Part shown: positions 26,554 through 31,964 of the stretch, in pieces | Position numbering within the stretch: the stretch's first letter is position 1 | Layout: each line of letters starts with the position of its first letter | DNA from: a virus | Taxonomy: Duplodnaviria > Caudoviricetes | Direction: 5' to 3' (one strand) | IMG/VR virus record: IMGVR_UViG_3300006893_000132 | Location: 1-31,964 of that record | Length of the DNA stretch: 31,964 nt | Position numbers and translations under genes: made by a program | The notes under the pieces: generated by a model | Seen by the model: the letters and a program-made list of their open reading frames with translations, nothing else | Told to the model about the DNA's origin: nothing | Database searches by the model: none

Positions 26554-27888
26554 GATTGCTCTTTTAAATCGCCGAGCCTTGGCATTTGCCGCTGATAGCG
26601 CCGTGACCATAAGCGACGGCGTTAACGACAAAATTTATAATAGTTTTGAGAAGATATTCGAGCTGTCCCGCGTTATGCCGATCGGACTTATGGTATACAA
26701 CGCAGTGGAGTTTGTTGGCGTACCAATTGATGTATTAACACGCAAGTTTCGAGCAGACTGTGATCGTGAGTTTAGTTCATGTGAACACGCTTGTAACGCG
26801 TTTTTGGAATATCTATGCCAGTTTAAACGAACAGATTATGATGAAGTAGAGCATTTCAGCGCAATTATCTCAGATAAAATAAAAGAAATAGCAAAAAACA
26901 TGAAACACGCTTCCAGGATGCTATTTTTACAAAGCCACTTAAAGATACAAAGGTTGACTTAAAAGAACTAGATATTCAGGTTGTTTGCGAATTATTTAAA
27001 GAACACGAAGAGATTCACGGTAAGCGCCCACTAAGTGGGTTTTTGAAAAACACGACGATTGAAGAATTTAAAAACGTTTTCGGGAATGCCATCGACAATA
27101 ACATTGCGGCTCATTTTGGTCGATTTAAGGATAATATAAAAGTAAAAGAAGCCATTAATTTATGGGCATTTTCCGCTCTTAAAAGTGACGTATTTTCTCG
27201 CAATTTCACTGGGTTAGTATTTGGAGGGTTTGGGTCAACAGACTTATTTCCATCGTTATACGCTATCGCTATAGATGGAATATACTTTGGAGATATCAAG
27301 AAAAAGATCACAAATAATGTTGATATTGATCGACGCGGCGATTGCGCGGCAATTGTTCCTTTCGCTCAATCAGAAATGGTGGAGAGATTTCTTTTTGGCG
27401 TAGATTCTGATTTAGAGAGCAAATTGTTAAGATTTATTTCTGCATCAAGCCAAGCTGCAATAGACAAGGTTGTGGCAACAACAGGGGTGGATTTGACAAA
27501 TACCGGCCTAACGTCGGAAATATATACTAGTGAAGTAAAAAACTTATTGGAAAGGATGAAGAAAAGGTCTCAGCTCGAGACGTTAGACATGGTGAACTTT
27601 ATGCCTATGCAAGAGCTTGCATATACGGCGGAAGCGTTTATTACATTAACATCTATAAAACGTAAGGTGTCAGCCCAACAAGAAACTGTCGGTGGCCCTA
27701 TAGACGTTGCTGTAATAACGCGGAATGAGGGATTTATTTGGATAAAACGGAAGCACTACTTTGATACGGAACTAAATCCCGGGTATCACGTTCGTACATT
27801 TAAGGCAGCAACGACGGAGGGCGCCCATGGCAGGGCTAGAACGCAGAGTCGCCGAGGCAGACGCGCAGACCCGGTTCCGCTCGAATAA
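26543..27888 (+). CDS. Proteasome beta-subunit-like Ntn-hydrolase with large internal insertion (~448 aa); frameshift in A6 run at 26893-26898
   Basis: Thr1 after Met removal, AADS with Asp17, EKIF lysine, C-terminal ETVGGPIDVAVIT..GF.W. One extra A joins 26543-26962 and 27043-27888 without stops; AT-rich. Confidence 0.7.
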
Positions 27889-28009
27889 AAACCGTGTGAA
27901 AAGCGGGCCGGCGCCGTCTAATGAGCAGATTCTCTCAGAGGCGCTGGCGGAGTTTCGCAAAAAGATAGACAGAAAAATAAAAAGGGTTAAACGAACAGAT
28001 CGTGCGTGA
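27827..28009 (+). CDS. Small basic hypothetical protein (60 aa)
   Basis: GGAGG RBS before ATG; overlaps the cargo gene 3' end. Confidence 0.35.
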   Translation: MAGLERRVAEADAQTRFRSNKNRVKSGPAPSNEQILSEALAEFRKKIDRKIKRVKRTDRA

Positions 28010-28040
28010 CGTACAAGCATAAAAGGTCTATATAGAGAGC

Positions 28041-28919
28041 ATGAATAAGCTCTCCTCCGCCGACCGTGCCCGCATCCTTCACCTTCTCTGCGAAGGCAGC
28101 TCAATTCGTTCTGTCACGCGGTTGCTGAACGTCGGCAAGAACACCGTCTCCCGCCTGATGGTTGACGCTGGCAAAGTCTGCGCAGCTTATCATGACGAAC
28201 ATGTGCGGAAACTAAAATCCACAAGAATTCAAGTAGATGAAGTATGGAGCTTCATTTACGCTAAGGAAAAAAACGTCGCCATAGCGAAGGCCGCTCCCGA
28301 TGGCGCGGGCGACGTCTGGACCTGGACCGCGCTCGATGCCGACAGCAAATTGATCGCGGCATATTTCGTCGGCGGCCGGGATGGCGAAAGCGCAATGTGG
28401 TTTATCGACGGCTTGCGCCAGCGCCTCGCGAACCGCGTCCAACTAACCAGCGACGGTCATAAGTCGTATTTGGAAGCTGTTGAAGCGGCATTCGGGGCCG
28501 ATGTGGACTATGCGCAGCTTGTGAAGCTCTATGGCGCGTCACCTGAGAGCGCTAAGGGCCGCTACAGCCCCGCGCAATGCACGGGAGCGCGCAAGGAAAG
28601 GATCGAAGGTAATCCTGATCCAGAGCACGTCTCGACTTCATATGTGGAGAGGAGCAATCTCACTTTCCGTATGCAAAACCGGCGTTTCACGCGGCTCACG
28701 AACGCATTCTCAAAGAAGCTCGAAAACCATGCCTATTCGGTTGCTCTCTTCGTCATGTTCTACAATTTTTGCCGCATCCATAAGACCCTTCGCGTCACGC
28801 CGGCAATGGCGGCCGGCGTGAGTGATCGGCTTTGGGAAGTTTCAGATATCGTCGCGCTGCTAGAAGCGGCCGAGGCGAAGCCCGCAAAACGCGGCCCATA
28901 CAAAAAGATAGCAGCTTAA
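28041..28919 (+). CDS. IS1-family DDE transposase (single ORF, HTH plus DDE)
   Basis: LCEGSSIRSVTRLL.VGKNTV HTH; IQVDEVWSF, LTSDG, TSYVERSNL..R....RF.R.T..FSKK; stop overlaps the right IR. Confidence 0.93.
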   Translation: MNKLSSADRARILHLLCEGSSIRSVTRLLNVGKNTVSRLMVDAGKVCAAYHDEHVRKLKSTRIQVDEVWSFIYAKEKNVAIAKAAPDGAGDVWTWTALDADSKLIAAYFVGGRDGESAMWFIDGLRQRLANRVQLTSDGHKSYLEAVEAAFGADVDYAQLVKLYGASPESAKGRYSPAQCTGARKERIEGNPDPEHVSTSYVERSNLTFRMQNRRFTRLTNAFSKKLENHAYSVALFVMFYNFCRIHKTLRVTPAMAAGVSDRLWEVSDIVALLEAAEAKPAKRGPYKKIAA

Positions 28920-28940
28920 ATTTCAAATGGACCCACTACC

Positions 28941-29164
28941 AGATAAACGAACAATTTGACTTCGATGATGCGCTTCGGAAGGGCAGTCTCGCTCCAGGAG
29001 TATGTTTCCTGACCGCCCTCGAAAAGAAAGCATGCGGGCCGACTCGCCGAGGGAACGTCGCTCCAAAGCTTGAGGCGCCTCGCTGGTCCAAGCGCCCAGG
29101 GATATGCACTGGCGACGATATTCATGAGTGCCCCAATGGCGCTCTCGCGTGGTGTCACCGCCAT
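28941..29164 (-). pseudogene. Tail terminator-like gene, 5' half (IS-disrupted)
   Basis: MAVTPRESAIGAL...RRLKLWSDVP...RPACF..EG...KLFVYL, with GAGGG RBS. Confidence 0.85.
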
Positions 29165-29243
29165 ATGGCGTCCCTCAATGCTAAACTGCTTAAAAGCACA
29201 GGTTCGCGTGTCGATCGGCCCGAAAGAGAACCGTGCGCGGCGG

Positions 29244-29690
29244 TCAACCCGGCGCCAACGCTTCAAGGACAGCTTGTTTGAAGCCTGACTCTATGTCGTC
29301 GCGCATCTCCGCGAGAGAGCTGCCGAGATAGGATCGCGCCGGAATTGTCGAACCGCGATGGTGCACGCTTTTTGCGAAAATCTGGTCCCCTCCCATGCTG
29401 AAGGCCAAAGCCTTGGCTTTCACCGCAACGATATCGTGGGCCGCCGTCTTCCCGCCGAATTCCTGGATCGCCGCATATGGCACGCCGGCACTGGAAATCG
29501 AGACGGATGTATCTGATCCATCGTTCTCGATCGAGGAGATGATAGAGGCCGCAAGAGCGCCGGAACGGACCTGTAAGAGCTCGCCGGAGAGCTTTTGTTG
29601 AATTCGAGCTTCCAGAGCACCGCGAAGGGCATCTGCTTGGCCCAACAGCGCATCCTGCACGGCCTGCGCATCGAATTCGACTTCGATCAT
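29244..29690 (-). CDS. Tail completion/virion morphogenesis protein (HK97 gp10-like)
   Basis: L.VRSG.L..SI, YAAIQEFGG, ALAF, IPARSYL motifs; ATGA-coupled to the adaptor gene. Confidence 0.8.
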   Translation of the reverse strand: MIEVEFDAQAVQDALLGQADALRGALEARIQQKLSGELLQVRSGALAASIISSIENDGSDTSVSISSAGVPYAAIQEFGGKTAAHDIVAVKAKALAFSMGGDQIFAKSVHHRGSTIPARSYLGSSLAEMRDDIESGFKQAVLEALAPG

Positions 29691-30514
29691 GGCATGACCA
29701 CGCGACGATAGGGCGACAAGGCACTTGCCACGAAATCGGGAATATCCTTGACGATGAAAGCCATCGTCTCTTGTCCGCCGAGCGACTTCGAATGTTGACC
29801 AACGCGCGAACGATAAGCGTAACGCTCGGCCGCCCAATCCATGCAGCAGGATGCGAGATCGGCCGGCACGTAGCCATAGGTAAGATCCACCACGGAGCCC
29901 GCATCCGGTGGCGCAAACCTATAAACGCCATTCACGACCGCGTATTGCCCGGTGGCGGGACTCCCAGTGACTGCAGTTAATGAAACGCCATTCGAGTAAA
30001 CAACGCCGCCGTCGCTCGCCCATTCGCCGTAAGGAGCCAGCGCCGAGAGGCTATACGGCGGCGTCGCGGGAATGACCACGCTTTCGTTCGTAATCTGGTA
30101 GCCCGCGCCATACGAGATCATGACGTTCTGGATGCCGCATGTGAAAACAAACCCGCGCAGCGACAACCTCTGCATAGCCCCTGGCGGGGTCGCAACGCGA
30201 GAATCTAGAACGTAGCCAATCTGAGCGCTCGCGCCAGCGACAAGTGGCGGCGAAGGAGGGATTGCCACGCCATCCACGATACAGGAAGAAATTCCGATGA
30301 CCGGCCATTGCCGGAGCATAATCGAAACATCGTTGCCTCCATCATAGGTTTCGGTATAGGCCGACGGCAAAATCGCCGGCCGGTCGATAACATTGAAGAT
30401 GGCTCGGCTGATTTGCGTAATCAATCGTGCGAGCAGAACATCGTCGTCGGTTCCTGTGATACCGAGCCAGCTTTTGAGATCGGCCAGGCTGACAAGATCG
30501 AAGGGAGATGCCAT
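29687..30514 (-). CDS. Head-tail adaptor (gp6/gp15-like) with inserted beta-sandwich domain
   Basis: LVSLADLKSWLGI...DD.LL.RLI, ETYDG, NV.ISY.AGY, VPADL, L.PYRR. Confidence 0.8.
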   Translation of the reverse strand: MASPFDLVSLADLKSWLGITGTDDDVLLARLITQISRAIFNVIDRPAILPSAYTETYDGGNDVSIMLRQWPVIGISSCIVDGVAIPPSPPLVAGASAQIGYVLDSRVATPPGAMQRLSLRGFVFTCGIQNVMISYGAGYQITNESVVIPATPPYSLSALAPYGEWASDGGVVYSNGVSLTAVTGSPATGQYAVVNGVYRFAPPDAGSVVDLTYGYVPADLASCCMDWAAERYAYRSRVGQHSKSLGGQETMAFIVKDIPDFVASALSPYRRVVMP

Positions 30515-30632
30515 TGTCTACGACCCTGTTGTTTGGCACTTGACGTCCGCGGAGGACGCACCGTTGGGAAACCAGCCATGGTCCTATCAAAGGAGGCGCG
30601 CCCGGGCGGCGCTGCTAGAATATTGGAACCGC

Positions 30633-31082
30633 TCAGCCATGAAGTGCGCGGCGTGCCGCGGCGCGTAATTCTTCATTGGTGACAGGCAAGGCCACCGAGA
30701 CTCCCTTCGCTTTGAGGAAAGCGAAAAGCGCCGGCCGGTTGAGGCCCGATATGTCCTGTTCTTGCTCGCCCCCGGTTTCCGTCTCGGGCGACGGATTCAC
30801 GGTACCGGGGGCCGTTGCCGGCAAGCTGGCCCGGACGCCTTCGGCAGGAGGTACGTCGAGAGTGTGCCGGGGGCGCTCAAGCAAATGCAAGATCGTGTCC
30901 GGATGGGGCACGGCGTCGGTTGGCAAAGCGTCCTTGCCACCGTTCCATGGACGGAATCCATGCACCTTAAACACCTCGGCGGAACGGTCGTCTACCTCAA
31001 CGGACCGGTCATCCCCGATTGGGACCTCGGCGCCATCATAAACAATCGAGGAAAGGCCGTCGGGAGCACGTAATTTGACCAT
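30633..31082 (-). CDS. Phage hypothetical protein with C-terminal helix-extension-helix (HeH/Rho_N-like) motif
   Basis: ISGLNRPALFAFLKAKGVSV......EELR; typical post-capsid position. Confidence 0.55.
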   Translation of the reverse strand: MVKLRAPDGLSSIVYDGAEVPIGDDRSVEVDDRSAEVFKVHGFRPWNGGKDALPTDAVPHPDTILHLLERPRHTLDVPPAEGVRASLPATAPGTVNPSPETETGGEQEQDISGLNRPALFAFLKAKGVSVALPVTNEELRAAARRALHG

Positions 31083-31099
31083 CTGCGAAGAGCCCTGTC

Positions 31100-31414
31100 C
31101 TAAGCGAATTCGACATGTCCACTAACGTTGCGCTGCTGCGTGCCGTGCAATGTCTTGACGAGAACATAAAGCCCGGCCGTGAACGCGATTCCCGCCGCCG
31201 ACGTGCGGGATACGTTCGTGCCGGGAGAAGCTAAAACTCTGAGGAGCGGCGTATCCGTGCTGTAAACCGGCGGCGTCGCCTTGTCGTAAAAAAGGACCAT
31301 CGCGGGGCTGCCGTCGGAATTCCCGACATCGTATCCAAACAGCGTTCCGGAGCCGGCCTTCAACAGTACTGGAGTTTGGCCGAGCGTGTCGAATTGCGCC
31401 GCGGAATTTACCAT
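31100..31414 (-). CDS. Small beta-rich phage protein (possible head decoration)
   Basis: LKAGSGTLFG..V.N....VLFYD.AT.P....GIAFTAGLYV; GGAG RBS. Confidence 0.55.
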   Translation of the reverse strand: MVNSAAQFDTLGQTPVLLKAGSGTLFGYDVGNSDGSPAMVLFYDKATPPVYSTDTPLLRVLASPGTNVSRTSAAGIAFTAGLYVLVKTLHGTQQRNVSGHVEFA

Positions 31415-31438
31415 CGCTTTATCTCCGTGAAATCCCGG

Positions 31439-31475
31439 ATCCTGCGCGCGGCGGGATAGACGCCGCGCGCAGGAT
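31439..31475. terminator. Perfect 15-bp hairpin directly after the capsid stop (terminator or mRNA stabiliser)
   Basis: ATCCTGCGCGCGGCG - GGATAGA - CGCCGCGCGCAGGAT. Confidence 0.65.
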
Positions 31476-31477
31476 AC

Positions 31478-31963
31478 TCAGCCGTTGCCGATATTGGTGA
31501 TCAATGCCAGCGACGGTGGAAAATAGTTTTGCAAAACTTCGTCGGCATAGACTCCGTATTCGTATTTGCGGGTACGAAGCGGCCACTCGATCTGGTAATA
31601 ATCCTGCCGTGTCCGGATTTGAACGACGTTGCCAACGCCGGCAAGCGGATAGGGCAACATCTTCGTCGTCATTAGGATGGTGCCCGCCGGCATGTTTGGA
31701 TGCACCTTAATGTCGATGACACTGCCACCCTGCATCGAGAACCGGTTCAGATAAGTGCGCACCATGATGCCGCCACCCACCAAGTCCTGCGACGATTCGA
31801 AAACGAACCGCTGCGCGGCGGTCTGCGAACCCAACAGTATCTTCCTTGAAATGTTCAAGGCCTCCTGGGAATTGACCCACATCGTGTCGGGAGAAAGCCG
31901 GTAATTATCCCACATGGACTTTAGAGCAACATCGATCTCGACGATGCCGCCCGCGCTGTCCGA
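31478..31963 (-). CDS. Major capsid protein, C-terminal part (5' end outside the window)
   Basis: Frame open to the window edge. IKVHPNMPAGTIL and YEYGVYADEVLQNYFP....ITNI resemble HK97-fold C-termini; lies upstream of the adaptor and is followed by a strong hairpin. Confidence 0.75.
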   Translation of the reverse strand, partial: SDSAGGIVEIDVALKSMWDNYRLSPDTMWVNSQEALNISRKILLGSQTAAQRFVFESSQDLVGGGIMVRTYLNRFSMQGGSVIDIKVHPNMPAGTILMTTKMLPYPLAGVGNVVQIRTRQDYYQIEWPLRTRKYEYGVYADEVLQNYFPPSLALITNIGNG

Positions 31964-31964
31964 A

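Larger units (their letters stand above)
26242..28940 (+). mobile_element. IS1-family transporter insertion sequence, 2699 bp, with passenger genes
   Basis: Perfect 22-bp IRs GGTAGTGGGTCCATTTGAAATT at 26242-26263 and 28919-28940; 8-bp target duplication AGATAAAC at 26234-26241 and 28941-28948. Confidence 0.97.
1320..31964 (-). mobile_element. Prophage or GTA-like virion morphogenesis and lysis region, continuing beyond the right edge; apparently defective
   Basis: Co-oriented, often translationally coupled head-neck-tail-fibre-lysis genes in siphovirus order. The tail-tip module resembles RcGTA g12-g15 (DUF2460, DUF2163, NlpC/P60, TIM-barrel/tail tip). Confidence 0.9.

Noticed and set aside
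26011-26631. 206-aa minus-strand ORF as a complete gene
   Set aside because: Chimera of IS antisense sequence and the 3' half of the disrupted tail terminator.
25044-29690. Contractile tail, tailocin or eCIS
   Set aside because: No sheath or baseplate wedge genes; capsid and adaptor are present and the tail tip is of the non-contractile type.

Overview
GC-rich, probably alphaproteobacterial chromosome. The 3' part of a host TolC/NodT-type outer-membrane efflux gene (2-1270) abuts a ~30.6 kb minus-strand siphophage/GTA-like virion and lysis operon, which runs off the right edge inside the major capsid gene. Gene order: capsid, head-tail adaptor, tail completion, tail terminator, tail tube, tail chaperones with a -1 slippery site, short tape measure, TIM-barrel/DUF2460 fusion, DUF2829 (Tad2-like), DUF2163 hub, NlpC/P60, tail tip, Mtd_N-capped fibre, further fibre/adhesin-like genes, a beta-helix enzyme, an endolysin with a nested holin-like ORF, and small membrane ORFs. 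Two insertions interrupt the operon. (i) A 2699-bp IS1-family transporter IS (22-bp perfect IRs, 8-bp target duplication) splits the tail terminator and carries an AT-rich proteasome-beta/Ntn-hydrolase-like cargo gene. (ii) A ~4.6 kb block between the tail chaperone and tape measure holds a divergent LysR / GNAT-like X / GNAT Y cassette plus a decayed second copy of it. About ten frameshifts, one in-frame amber and some deletions indicate decay and/or long-read indel errors. All family assignments come from motif recognition by eye; no searches were run.
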